Shown: piece after piece, positions 13,006 to 26,319 of the stretch
Layout: each line of letters begins with the position of its first letter
Numbering within the stretch: position 1 is the first letter of the stretch
Source of the DNA: Carcharhinus amblyrhynchos
Taxonomy: Eukaryota
Length of the DNA: 64,000 bases
Direction of reading: 5' to 3'
NCBI GenBank assembly: GCA_965287045.1
Contig: OZ336878.1
Coordinates: 15,128,001 to 15,192,000 of the forward strand
Translations under genes and position numbers: made by a program
Notes under the pieces: generated by a model
Told to the model about the DNA's origin: nothing
Databases searched by the model: none
What the model saw: the letters and a program-made list of their open reading frames with translations, nothing else

Positions 13006-13576
13006 AAAATACAAATTATTACATTGATAAGTGAATCTCAGGCCATATGATGCTGGGTATGCAAGCATACATCCCAAACACAAGCAGACCATTTGATATA
13101 GCACATGTCTTTGGTTATTTGCAACTGGCAAAGTATAGAAAATACCTACACAGTCTTTTAAAACAGCTCCAACATTAGATGCAATTCCAGGATTGGACAA
13201 CATTTGCTAAACAATCCTGAGTGTTCCAAGCGTCACACTGACAATCAGTTGAAGATTGTCAGCCTCCAAATCATTGCACATTTATGCATGCTAGAAGCTG
13301 CATTAATTATTAGAGAGCCCTATATATTGTAGGCTGAAAGAATATGTATACACTTTATACCCATTTCAACTAAACAGAGTTGACTACAGCCATGCTTGGC
13401 TTCATTGTTCAAGGCATTGCCCTGGAAAATCAAGAGTCTATCTGCCTGGTTTGAACTTAAACAAATCCCAATAATCAAACTACTAGTCATCAGTTAACTG
13501 GTATTCACCATGGCAATGCCCAACTTGCCAACCAATCAGCACTCTCTTATACAATATATTTGGCATTCTCACAAAT

Positions 13577-13608
13577 GTCCTGATGAGTGCACAACAAAAA
13601 GCTTCAAC
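13577..13608 (+). ncRNA. Minimal hammerhead ribozyme relic in the Penelope 3' terminal repeat
   Basis: GTC-CTGATGA-GTGCACAAC-[A]AAA-AGCT-TC-[A]AC. Restoring two CpG-decayed G residues gives the canonical core with a palindromic AGCU stem-III loop. Confidence 0.6.
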
Positions 13609-15149
13609 CTGTCTCTTCTTTCAGTGATACTTAGGAATGAATGTACTCAATACTATTATAATGCAGTAAACTCCCACCATTCACAGGGGTTCCCTTCCTG
13701 TGAAATCTCTCAATGCGTGAAACCACAAATGGCTTCCTTTGTGAGAACAATGTGAAGAAAGTAATTTAAACTGTGATGAGTGGATCCTGAGGCCATGAAC
13801 TGAGATTACATGTACAAATACATTTGTACAAGTAAACAAATTTGTGATGGGCGGGGTGTCACAAATGACAGAGGTTTACTGTATAGAACTTAAAGTACTA
13901 GTGAAATTAATTTTAGCAGCTATTTCATATGCTTGGTTTAAAGATATTTGAGATTCACAATACTCCAGTGATGTACAATTTTAAATATGCACTTCAGCAG
14001 TATTACACAGTGCACAGTCCATTCACTAAAGAAGCTTGGTAGTAATATGATCCTGAAAACTTTCAACTACATTTTTAAGAAACTGACACTAAAAGTGCTG
14101 CCTGAAAATTGTCTGAATAGTTGTCAGTTGTCATAACTTTGTCCAGCTAGATTCTTGCTTGTTTGATCAAGATTTGGCAATATTCTAAAGGACTACCTTG
14201 ATGTTTTTGGCTTCTTTCCCCTTGATTTTCTCCCTTATGCTAAAAATAGATCAACTAAAGGAAATAAAGCTCTTGCATGTATTTCTAGGACATTGCTGTA
14301 CAGAGTGCTATTGTGTTTGCCCATCTAACAACAGCAATTATACTGCAAAAGTGATCCTTTAGTTGTAAAAAACCATTTTTAGTCTTCCCGAGAGCATGAT
14401 TGAAGTGTGAAAGAAACAACTCATGCCCAACGAAAGAAAGAAAAGTTCACAAGGTTTGACTTTTGAAGGTTTTTACAGTCAAATGAACTGCATGGGTGGG
14501 TGGGGATTGGGGGGGGGGGGGGGTGGTGAAGGAGGAGGGGTAGAAGAGATGGCAAGGAGAAACTACAAATCAAAGTCCATCCTTTACCGTCTCCAATCAT
14601 TTTTCAACTACAGAAAAATAGAAGACAGGATTAAATAAAAGTATGTAGTGCTAAGTCCTTGTCAACAGCCATTGCAATATACATTCCAGTGAATAGATTT
14701 AAAATTCAGGAGGAAATAGGATTCTAAAAGTCATATAAAAGCAATCTAAAATAAAAACCAAAGTACTGGAACCATTCAGCAGGTCTGGCTGCATCTGTGT
14801 GAGAGAGAGAGAAAATGAATGGCCTGAGCCGAACACTCGCGAATCCTTTGAGTCAGTGGGGAATGCATCCTATCAATTCCAACAGGCTTGCTGCCATTTC
14901 ATACTCAATTGAGCAATAAGTGACAACAAGTGGGACTTAGGTCCACCCTTGTAAGCAGCCCTGCCTTGGAGGGCCCTCAGCCAATCACTCCAGGCCCAAA
15001 ACATCAATGGCTACAAGTAGTACTGCAGTGGCTAGAAGTGATACTGCAGTGTCATGCCTGAGGCTAAGTGCTATGACTTACGTTAAGTACCAGGTGCGGG
15101 AGGGTGAGCCAGAACTGTCCCAAGTGGCCTAAAAATTGAGATGGGAGGC

Positions 15150-15177
15150 GGTGGTGGTGGCGGGGGGGGAGGGGGGG

Positions 15178-15224
<47 letters not shown>
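15150..15224. repeat. G-rich run plus (GT)n microsatellite
   Basis: Direct reading. Confidence 0.95.
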
Positions 15225-15226
<2 letters not shown>

Positions 15227-15359
15227 ATAGTGGCACATGTGGGCTTCAGGTCTGAGACCCTGTCCACCCTACCATGAAACTACATCTGAGGTGGGCACGA
15301 TCCCCAGACGGGAAGCTCATCCGTGCAATTTTACACCATCCCAACCCCACTCAGAGCAG

Positions 15360-15675
15360 AATCCCTAACAGTGCAGAATGAGATCATTCAGCCCATCAAG
15401 CCTACACAGACAACAATCCCACACAAGCACTAGCCCTTTAATCCCACGTATTTACCCTGCTAATCCCCCAATACCAAAGGGGCAATTTATCATCACCAAT
15501 CAACCTAGCCCACACATCTTTGGACTGTGGGAGAAAACCAGAGCTCCCAGAGGAAACCCACACAGACACAGGTAGAATGTTTAAATTCCACACAGACAGC
15601 AACCCGAGGCCGGAATTGAACCAGGTCCCCTGTCGCTGTGAGGCAGCAGTGTGCCTCACTATTGCCACCATGCCA
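15360..15675 (-). mobile_element. HE1 SINE
   Basis: V-SINE core; ORF-track signature DCGRKPELPEETH. Confidence 0.88.
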
Positions 15676-16654
15676 CTCATGTCAGAACCCACCAGGGTAG
15701 AGTTAAAACTCTGGCCAATGTTTCAAGTCAAGCCTTACATTTCTTCAGAACTGGAGCAGAATTCAGTCCTAAAAATCATATTGAACTCAAAACTGAACTC
15801 GTTTCTCTCTCCACAGATGCTGCCAGACCTTGTGAGTTCGTCCAGCACCAATTTCATTTGTCAAAGTAGCAGTTTGAAAATCGTGGAAAAGATAATGGCT
15901 TACAGGAAAGCAGATTCCTTTTCCAAATGCTTTTCTCATGTTACTGCTTGAATCAATAAGCTGAAAAGAAATATAGAATGGTTATAGCACAGGAGGCTAT
16001 TTGATCCATCGTGTCTGTACCAGCTCTCAAAGATCAACTCAGCTAGTCCCACTCCCCCGTTTCCTGTGACCCTTGCCTGCAATTTCTTTTCTCGTCAGAT
16101 AATTATCCAATACTTTTTTGAGCCATGACTAAATCTGCCACAATTCCCTGACAGCGTGTTCCAGATTTTAACCACCCACTGCATAAATAAGTTTTGCCTT
16201 AAGTATTAATATTGATTCTTGGGAGCTGCACTATATCAATATATTCATGTATTCACTGGAAGTGATGTCACAGGTCGCTAGCACATGATAACTGCCAGAC
16301 AGAAGAAGCAACCATGTAGTGAACACCACCGTAAATAAAGCTGTTATTTTTAACACTGTGCTTTTTAGCACCAATTCTCCAATATACAGTGCATCACCTT
16401 TGATTCTTTTCCTCCATTCACCCTAAATCAGAGTTTTCTAGTTTTCAATTTTTTTTTCCAATGGGACCAGCTTCTCCCCATCTATTCTTTCCAGTTCTCT
16501 CATGATTAAATCTCCCTCAACCTTCCTTCTGAGAACAGCCCAGTTTGCTCAATGTATCTTGTCACTGAAAATCTCTTACCTGGGACCATCCTTGTAAGTC
16601 TGCACCTCCCTAGTGCCATCACATCTTTCCTAAACTGGAATCATAGAATCACCA

Positions 16655-16740
16655 GACACTCATCTGAAGGAGCAGCACTCCGAAAGCCTGTGGTTCCAAA
16701 AAAGCCTATGGGATTTTAACCCAGTATTGTGAGACTTCTT
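16655..16740 (+). mobile_element. Partial copy of the Penelope-derived hammerhead element, within degenerate CR1 sequence
   Basis: GAAGGAGCAGCACTCCGAAAGC...TTTTAACCCAGTATTGTGAGACTTCTT matches 32150-32225. The catalytic core is degenerate. Confidence 0.7.
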
Positions 16741-17665
16741 TCTATTTATATAGCCTACATCCCATATATTTTATTTACTTATTCCTCGACTTCCCCCACC
16801 AACTTCAAAGATTTGTGCACAGATGCCTCTGGGGCCCTCTGCCACTGCATCGCCATTAGAAAACAACCCATGCTTGTTTTCTTAATTTACTCACATTTGT
16901 CCAAGTGACTTAATTTTCATTATGTAGTTCTGGGTCCTGCCCTTTATCGAGCCGGGTCTCAATTTTCATCACAACATCAGATCCCATTTGGCTATCTGTA
17001 CCTGCAGCTCATCAACCTACTTACCATTCTGTTTTCACATATACACAGAACACCTAATATAAATGTTATTGCATTCTCTCACACCAAACTCACTTAATGC
17101 CTTACTATTTCTTACTCCAGTGTTGTTTCTCCCAATTCTTGTTGCACATCTTTTTTCCTTCTCTAATCTCAGATCTGCTTCCCATCCCCTTAGCAAGTTA
17201 GTTTCAACCCTCCCTAAAAGCACCAGGAATTCATCTTTTCAATTAATTGGTCCCAATTCTCTTTGGATACAATGTACAAGTTCCATCTTCCCCAGAATCA
17301 ATTCCAACATCTCAGAAATCTGAAGCTCTCCTTCATGCACCATCTCTCCAGCCACTCATTCAATTGTTCTTTTCCCCCTATTTTGTATCCACTACAGATA
17401 GTAATCTAGAAATTTTTGAGGTCCTATTTACTAGTTACTTTTCTGGTTCCCCAAAATCCTGTGGAGCCTCATATCCCTATTCATTCTATTTTCTCACACA
17501 TTTCCTTTGCCTCACCCCCACCCCCCCCCCCCCCCAACAAATGAAACTTCATTGCTGTGTTAATGTAAGCCTACTTGTGAGACTAATAAACTTAAAACTT
17601 CATATCCATCATCTGGGGTGTACGGTCGCATTCCATTGGGTACATAGGTGACTATCAAGACAAAC

Positions 17666-18203
17666 CTGCACCCAGAAGGTTCGATATACAGGACAGGATG
17701 CTGTAGATGATTGAATTTTGGATGAGCTGCTGGCTTGAGACTTCCTTTCCTTGTACCTTCTGACTCTGAAACACTTGTACTAGTGTAGTACTGTGAAGAA
17801 TGCTAATTTGCAATGCCCATCCACAGGGAGACTGCATTTTAAGTGGTACTGCCCACTGGCAGTTTAACATCTAGAAGAATCAAGTCTATGGGACTGAGCT
17901 TTTGAAGCTCATTGATTTGATTTTGAGTGTTGTTAGTAGATTTCAGTTCATTTGAAATGCTATAATTTTGGCACTAACACAGGGTTTACCACCTCCAGAA
18001 CTGGTTCAGTAGAAAAGGGAAAGCATCAGAGTTTTCACTTCAAAAAACTGTCCCAGAACTTCAGCTGGAAAATGGATTGGGCTTTGTTACCATAACAAAG
18101 TGAACAGTCTGCCATCACAGGTCGCATCTGAAGAATGGCTGCTGGGCAAGGTCTCTAAGGCCTGTTGACGTTAACAGACACATAAGCGAATAAGAGTCAC
18201 TAA
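17666..18203 (-). other. Candidate large non-coding (5'UTR) exon 2 of the minus-strand gene
   Basis: About 0.5 kb with no recognisable TE. Acceptor CTGTCCTTTTCTGCTCTCCTAAAG| at 18204 (alternative CAACAG| at 18162). Donor TGCAG|GTTTGT at 17666/17665. Several upstream ATGs and stops in all frames. Confidence 0.5.
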
Positions 18204-18619
18204 CTTTAGGAGAGCAGAAAAGGACAGATAGACAGTGGTTAGTGAAGAAACTGATGTTGTGTTTAAAAAGGTTAATACAGAAACTTGCACATATTATTAT
18301 TAGAAATTAGAGTTCGTCATACATTCCTTTGAACCTGCCCACCAATAAGAACAGAGCTGATCTGGTTTTTAAACTCAGCTAGCTTCACTTTTCCACCATG
18401 TCAATTCATCAAATAAAAACGCCTTTAAAACACGTAGTTGACTTCCCAGTCAAGGCTGAATGCCATCTTCTTGTCACGTTTAACTTATTTTTCTGTGCAA
18501 TGTCACACCTCTCACCAAGCAAGTACAGTGCCCATTGCAGATAAGTATGGATGCTGCAGTTATCGTGTTTCAGTGGGTTAGGCTTGGAATAGAAAAAAAA
18601 CACAACAGAAATACAGCAC

Positions 18620-19500
18620 ATTTTGTTCAGAGAACTCTATGCTACTGATGTTGCACTAGCCACGAACGGGGAAACCCATCTACAAAGACTCATGGGGTGT
18701 CTCTCACACACCAGAAACTAGTTCTCCATTAAACTATAAATGTCAAGAAAACTATGGTTATTGGACAGGGTGACATGGCTCCAACCCAATCACATGAGAT
18801 AGCACCCCACTGGAAGAGATTAGAAAATTCAGCTTTTGGTCCATATGACAGACAATCCATCTCAAGGCAGAACTCAATACACCACATTGGGAAAGCAGCC
18901 ACCTAATTCACAAAATGTGCATGGAATATCATTAAGCCGAATCTTAGGGCCAAGCGCTGGTGTTCTCAGCACTTCATTGTATGGCTGTGAAAAATGGGCA
19001 GCTTACAGCTATCAAGAAAGAAGCTCAACAGCATTCAACTTTGCTGTTTGTAGTGCATTCTGGACATCTCATGAAAAGATATCACAAATACAGTAGTCCT
19101 CTGAGAGGCAAGTCTCCAAAGTATGGTGACAATCAAGCAGGGGTAACTTCACTAGCTCAGGTAAATTTATAGATAAGCAACCATGTTTCCACTCAAAGGA
19201 TTTTCTGTATGGCAAGGTAGCCAGAGCCAGATGGCCAGCTGGACGCCCAAAGCTCTGCTGCAAGGATGCTTGCATGCCTGACATGAAGACCCTAAAGATC
19301 TCTTCTTGTGCCCAGGAAGACACTAACCAATGAAAATATCACCTATGGGCCAGCACTTGCAACCACGATGATTAGTGGCTATAACGGTTTGACAATAGGC
19401 AACACCAAGAACGAGCTAGTGACACCCAGTAACGACTTCAGATGCCGCACTTCGGCAGAACTTGCTTCAAACAGATCGATTTCTTCAGCCATCAAAGATG
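18620..19500 (+). mobile_element. Degenerate RTE-clade LINE fragment
   Basis: Decayed RELLYADD-like motif, VLSTSLYGCEKW, FLYGKVA and GRPKL. Confidence 0.7.
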
Positions 19501-20734
19501 TACCATATGAAGTTACCAAAGCTCCAGTGGATTTAATTTACTACATATCCTTCAATCTACACAAGATAATGGAAATCAACAGGTTTAGAATGACAAGATG
19601 GTGGCCAAATTGGTAGACCACATTCAGCCGTTTAAAACATCACTTAAGTAAAATGTATACAACTTCATAATGATGCATATTAATCTGCTGAGTTGTTTAA
19701 GTAGGACTATCCCTTTAAGGTTACAATGTTTCATTTCTGGATAGAAGCATAACCCCAGTAAATCAAAGATTAATAATTGTAAGAGTGCATTGTTAAGGTA
19801 AAGAAAAGAATATTTTTTGTCCCTTATAAAAGCTTTTGACATTCCCAAAGTACAATATGTCCAATAGTATCCTCATACATTAAAAAAGGAGAGAAGAGTG
19901 CTGCATTGGTTTCTCAGTAAAAAAAACACTCAAGCCAAGGGAAATATTAGAAAAACCTGAGATAACTCCCTTCATGCTGCACAGTTCCAGGAAGTTGCAT
20001 AAAATTTAAATTCTATCAATGGCACCCAAATCAGCAAGTGCTCTCTCTTTGAAATGATGGTAGCATATATTTCCAATACACAAGCCCTCTGGGCCACTTA
20101 TCCACGTGGCTGGAAACAGACTACAATTTACACAAAGAGAAGTTAGAATCATATTGTAATAAGGCATAGCGTTCTCACCTCAGTGCTAAATGATTGGTCC
20201 TTATCAAGAGACTATGCCCCCATTTCTCATTTCCCCGCCCAGGTGAAAACATCTCAGAGTTTACACTGTTAAACTCTTTCTTTCAATGAGATCACGTCTC
20301 ATTCTTCTAAAACCCAGAAAGCATAGGCCCAATATGTTCAACCAATCTGGTATTCTTTTGTTGTATCACCTCAAATGCAAATAAAGCCTTTCTTAAATAC
20401 AAAAGGTCAACTGCACACAATATTCCAGATGTGGTCTTATCAAAGCTCTGTAACAATTATAGAAAGACTTTTGTTCTTGTACTTCAGTATTCTTAATTGT
20501 TTGCTGTACCTGCATATTAACTTTGCGTTCCTTGTTCGAATACATCAAAGTCTCTCTGAGCATCAACATTTAGAGGTTTTGTGTCTTTTTAAAAGTATTG
20601 CTTTTCAGACACCTAGATAGGCTGGCGCTATAGTTAGCCAACAGGTGGAAGTAGTTTTAATTCTAACTTTTCCTGGGCAACCATTTTGTGCGTATAAATC
20701 CCAAGACTCTGTTTCAACACTTCTTTAGAATTTC

Positions 20735-21070
20735 GCACAGTGGCTAGCACTACTGCCTCACAGTTCCAGGGACCTGGGTTCAATTCTGGCCTTGCTGACT
20801 GTGTGGAATTTGCACATTCTCCTTCTCTCTGTGGGGGTTTCCTCTGGATGCTCCAGTTTCCTCCCACAGTCCAAAGCAGTACAGGTTAGGTGGATTGGCC
20901 ATACTAAATTGGCCCTTAGTATCACAAGATATGTAGGTTAGATGGATTAGCCATGGTGAATGTGTGGGGTTACAGGGATAAGGCCCAAGTAAGATATTCA
21001 GTCAGAGAGTCATTGCAAATGCAATGGCCTGAATAACCTCTTCTGCCCTGTAGGGATTCTATGATTCTGA
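20735..21070 (+). mobile_element. HE1 SINE
   Basis: Full head, core and CR1-like tail ending GATTCTATGATTCT. Confidence 0.9.
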
Positions 21071-21127
21071 TATGAAAATTATCCTTACGTTAGAGTTGAG
21101 AACAGGGATGGAATCTTCAACTCCCAA

Positions 21128-22310
21128 TGTACTTGGGAGTGTTTGGACATGCACAGACTGGGAGTGGGCTGCACTTGTACAGTTTTGCAGTGTAAGTTCT
21201 GTATTCTGCACATAAAATAAGAGCAAATAAAGATGTGAAAACTCAGGTGAGGTATCCAGGAGTAGAGTGCCACAAAAGACCAGTGTCCCAGGCAAAGGAC
21301 AGGAAGAGGTCTCAAAGGAAGAGTCCCAGAAAGGCGACAGGGACAGGAAACAGTCCCAGTTCATTTAAAATGAGAGGAGCAGAGACACAGGCTCCCAATA
21401 GCAAAAGAGCTCTGGGATGCAGACTTTAAATGAATAAGACAGCCAAAGATGATCCCAATTCTACACTGCAAGCCTTTAGAACAAAAGTACACATTTAAGT
21501 GGCCACGTCCTGCTCAGGGCAGCTGAAAATCTAAAGTTGTGCTTGTTTATTAGTGTCTAAGTGTGCACTCAGAAATTCAGGGGAGCAGAATCTCAGGAGA
21601 CAAGATCTGAAAACTGCAAATTGGTCCATTGATGATGCTGCCTGAATTACGGCATTGATGAGGGCTCAGGGGAAGCCTTAAAGATCCAAGAACGTAGCCA
21701 AAGTTTGGTGACCCCATGTTGCAGGCCATTAAGGCAAAGGTACCCCTTTTGAGCAATAGTATTCTACTTCGTATGACCTAGGAGTTGAATCTGTGTTTGT
21801 GGGTTGGTGCTCGAGTGCAGATTTTGGAATCCAGGGAATTGAGACTAAAACCCTGTGAGGTGGACATTGTTGATGCTGTCAAGTTGGAGTGGCTTTGTGA
21901 GAATTGTACGGTTAGGTCTTTAAAAGGTGAAGGCTGGAACCTCTCATAATAGAGACGGAGTTTCTATGAGATTGGTTTACTTAGCGTTACTGACATCTGG
22001 GTGGGTTGTTGATAATTTGCGGACTCTGTCTTGATTGCATCTGTCATTTATTGTGGAATGCATTCAGCCATAGTTTACCTAATTATCCTTCCCGGAATGT
22101 TCAAGAATGTTCATATATCTTTGTGGTTTCTTTTTTTCCTGACCCCATATAGTCAAGTTTATTTTTGCTTTTTTAAAACCAGTGGAATCTTTTGGCTTTA
22201 TTCCATGAGTAAGTGTCTTGAATCTCAATCTGCATCTACTTTAAACAAAAAATTATGGTCCCTAACCAGATCTTAGCAACAGTTTGGAGGTTTGGCCAAG
22301 GATCATAATC
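21128..22310 (+). mobile_element. Probable solo LTR
   Basis: About 1.2 kb non-coding block starting TGT and ending GGATCATAA, followed by a CR1 fragment. No TSD confirmed. Confidence 0.4.
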
Positions 22311-23519
22311 CTTTACTATATATTGCCTCTTCTCATTCTTCTGACCAAAATCCATTTCTTCACACCTCTCAGCATTAAATTTTATCAAGTATGTGTGCCC
22401 ATTCTATCGGACCGTCTATGGTCTCCTGAAGTCTGTCACCCCCCTCAGTTCACGATGTCCCCAAGTTTTATGTCATCTGCAAATTTTGAAATTGTGTCGT
22501 GCCGACATACCGAAGTCATTAATATAACAAGCAATGAATCTGGTACCAATCCATGGTTAACTCTACAATCTATACCACCCTCCAGGTCAAAAATATGCTA
22601 TCACTATTTCCTGTCACTTATCCAATTCTACATCCGTGCTCCCACCATCCCTTTTAGTCCATGAACATCAACTTTGTTGGCAAGTCTACATGATCTTTCA
22701 AATGACATTTGAAGTTCCATGTACATCATAGCAACCACATAACCCTCATCAGCACTCTCTACCTCTCGGAAAGCTCAGGTTAAACACAACGTTCCCTTGA
22801 CAAATCCATGCTAGGTTTTCCTTATAATGCACTATCCATTACCTTTGACATTTAATATCATTTTACAGACAGCAAAATAATTGGTTGGGACATGCACGCA
22901 CGTTTTGGAATTATGATTTCAAAGAGAAAAAGAAGAAGTTTTTTTTGAAGAGCCAGAGAAATTCATTACAGAATTAGTCCATCACTAAAAATCAAATTAT
23001 ACCTCAATCACTGTTTAACATTCCAATGGCTTTGAAAATGAAACAAACTCTTTATAAGGGGAAGTTCTCATCATTTCAATTTCTGGCTGGATTTCTGCCT
23101 TTAACTGTGCATACATAGACGCTAGGAATTGTTGTCAGTTTCAAGCATGACAACGAACACTGAGTTTCTCTATCATCACCAATAGCAAAATCCAAGCCAT
23201 TAAAGAAACATCTATCCCATGGGCAAAGTAACTTATGTTCCTACAAAAAAGTTTATTTATTACAAGTAAGGTTTACATTAACACTGCAATGAAGTTACTG
23301 TGAAGTTCCCCTAGTTGCCACACTCCAGCACCATTTTGGATTAATGCACCTAACCAGCACATCTTTCAGATTGTGGGAGGAAACGCATGCAGAAACAGGA
23401 AAAAACCTCTGCACACAAGACAGTGCAAATATGGGCCAAATTACTTTCAAGTAAATCAAATCCAAAAGGCAATGAAGTTTAATTATGCTAAAAGGTTTTA
23501 AATCATAGATTCAGCTTCA

Positions 23520-24501
23520 CAAGATTCTTCCCAACTTCTGATTATAAACTAGAAAAAAAACTGTTCCATACACCATATAATAGCTTTCCACCACAGTGTA
23601 ATGTGTGAATGTTTATGTTAATCTTTGCAGGTCATTGCATCACGTCTGAACCAATACAACTTTGATAGATGTGCACAACTGCCAAGTCTTTGTATCATTT
23701 TTGGTTGAATAATTTGGGCATTCCTTACTTCTGCAACTTTGCTCGCTTACCAAAGTGAAGCGTCTATGGATAGTTTGAGTCTAGGGTGCACTCTCATGGC
23801 AATCAAGGAAGTTTTACAAGGACACTAAAGGCTTCACTTAGAGGAATTTGAGTCCTGAGAGAAGCTAGCTCAGGATCATTACACCTAGTACAAGCAATTT
23901 TTTTTTGAAAAAAGTATGGCCTCCTTCAAAAGTATGCACATTTCAGAGGAAAAGGGAAACTCAGGCAGAGCAAAACACAAGAAATCCCAAGCCAGTAACT
24001 CACCTAAAACTCAAAATCTGTGATATCCTACTTGTAGCAGAACTTTCCCAGCACATATCAGCATTGGCTATCTACCTATCAGAACCTTATCAAACACCCC
24101 AGTTACAGGCGTGGGATTTTTTAAAAAAATTGCTTGTACTAGGTGTAATGATCCCAAGCTAGCTTCTCTCAGGACTCAAATTCCTCTAAGTGAAGCCTTT
24201 AGTGTCCTTGTAAAACTTCCTTGATTGCCATGAGAGTGCACCCTAGGCTCAAGCTATCCATAGACGATTGACTTTGGTAAGTGAGCAAAGTTACAGAAGT
24301 AAGGAATGCCCAAATTATTCAACTAAAAATGATACAGATTTGGCAGTTGTGCATACCTATCAAAGTTGTTTTGGTTTAGACCTGATGCAATAACCTGCAA
24401 AGATTCACATAAACATTCACACATTACTAATGGAAAGCTATTTTATGATGTATAGAACAGTTCTTTCTAGTTCTCTATAATCAGAAGTTGGGAAGAATCT
24501 T
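23520..24501. repeat. Long inverted repeat: arms ~23520-23906 and ~24122-24501, loop ~215 bp
   Basis: CAAGATTCTTCCCAACTTCTGATTATA...GATCATTACACCTAGTACAAGCAATTTTTTT pairs with AAAAAAATTGCTTGTACTAGGTGTAATGATC...TATAATCAGAAGTTGGGAAGAATCTTG. The inner ~90 bp are a perfect match. Confidence 0.97.
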
Positions 24502-26319
24502 GGTCATTTTCACCTTGAAGAACTTTGCTATCAACGTTCATGAAGCAAATCAGTTAATTTAGCTAAATGGTGAAATTGTGCATTATTCATGGAAGCAATC
24601 CAGCTCGCAACTTTTAATGACAAGATTAGAATTTTAACTAAATATTAGCTGAAAGAGCTACAAAATTGCACACTAAGGAAGTGTGCAAGACTTGTATTGG
24701 AAACCAATCATCATTGGGGCTTTTAAATGAGTATTTGCCCAACTCTCTGGCCAAACATTGCTTGCAAATATTTGAAGTATTCTATGGTGAATGTAATTGT
24801 GATTACTTCATCAACTACAAACAAGGTGCCACATCAAGCAGGTGAAGTATCCCTAGTTGGCTTCAAAAAGAATCTTGCTCTAGTAAGTGAAATTCAAGTA
24901 GATCAGACCAGACAACGCACATAAAATGAAACATTGAAAAGCAATGCCGATCCAAGACAGGTTGAATTTGTTCCACAATACAATGCAGAATGACCAAGAA
25001 TTCTCTCTCAACCATCAGACAAATTAAACAGTCATTCATTCATTTTGTGGGACCTTGCTCTGTACAACTGGAGGCTGCATTTGCCTATATGACAGGTACT
25101 GCAATTCAAAGACAGATCATTGGATAGGTGTAAACAGACTTAAGAGAACTGCAAGTTTGCTCTAAACTGTTAAGGGCATTCTGAAACATTATCAAGCACA
25201 CATTTTGGATCAAACCAGTAAAAATAAACAGCATGCAGCACCCATTCTCAGCAACCAAGACAAGAGAGTTTCACACCTTTGTTTTTGATTTGATGTTCTA
25301 TAATCTCAATTAAAACTTGGAAACGACATCATTCTGCAGCCATTGTCATGCAACCATCTTAATACTGGTTGCAAACTTTTTAGCACTCTGCATTTCAAGG
25401 ACCAAATTATAAATTATTGTTGATTAAGTAAACCAAAAAGAAAATAGCATCAATGCATAATTTACAACAGTTTAGAAATTGTAAGGACTTAAAAACAAAT
25501 TTCTGACAAGATGCTTCATATCTTCTAGACAGATCCATTTGTAGGTTAATGGCTGTTCAATGGCATTTTAAAAATAACTTCAATTGTCTTACATAAAAGA
25601 ATCCAAAGATTAATGGTATTGTACATCACTGGACTTTGAATCTACTCTTTGGTGACAAAAGCCACCAAACACCATGCAGATTAAATATTCGGGCAAATTT
25701 CAAGACCAGCAGTCCATGCTGGAGGCAGAGTAGGAGCTTTGAAGTACACTGCAGTTCCTTTCAATTCCTACAACACTGCTGGCATGCTTTCCCCCATTTT
25801 GCCTAGAATCAGTGCCAGTGTTCACTTTAAGTGTGTGTGTGTGTGTGCAGAGTTGCAGTGCAGAACCTATTCAAAAAAATAAAGAACTGCACAAAGCTCA
25901 AAGAAATTACACTGGGGGAGAGGAAAAAAGGGGAAACCCAACTTTTCTGCTGTTGCTGTTGGGGGGTGGTGGGAAAGAGAATGATAAAACCCACCCAAGA
26001 CTTGGAGGGAGGGGGGGAGCAAGAATTGGTCGGAGATGTCATGTTGCGTGGCAGAGGAAGACATGGAAGCAGAGTGTGCTGTGCCGTCCCGCCTGAATTG
26101 CCTGTCACGCTGTCGAGCTGGCTGGGTCCAAACCACAACCCAACAGCCAACAAGCTGGAGAGAGGGGAAGGAATTGGGAATGGATGGCAGGCAAAATACA
26201 AGACAAAACTCCAACCGATCACCACCCACCTCAACATTACTATCACCACACAAACACCTCCCCCCCGCCACCACACCACACCACACTCTCGGTGAGCTTT
26301 ACTGCGACACGCAACGTAC

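Larger units (their letters stand above)
12005..13630 (+). mobile_element. Penelope-like retroelement relic (GIY-YIG end), with an inverted copy of its 3' end at ~12005-12340 and a SINE inserted at 12710-13005
   Basis: Decayed LPW..SQKFEQQVKLA, SSQKDVLP and AIxQHLLNNPEC motifs. The reverse complement of 12030-12200 matches 13305-13465, the inverted arrangement typical of Penelope-like elements. Confidence 0.75.
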
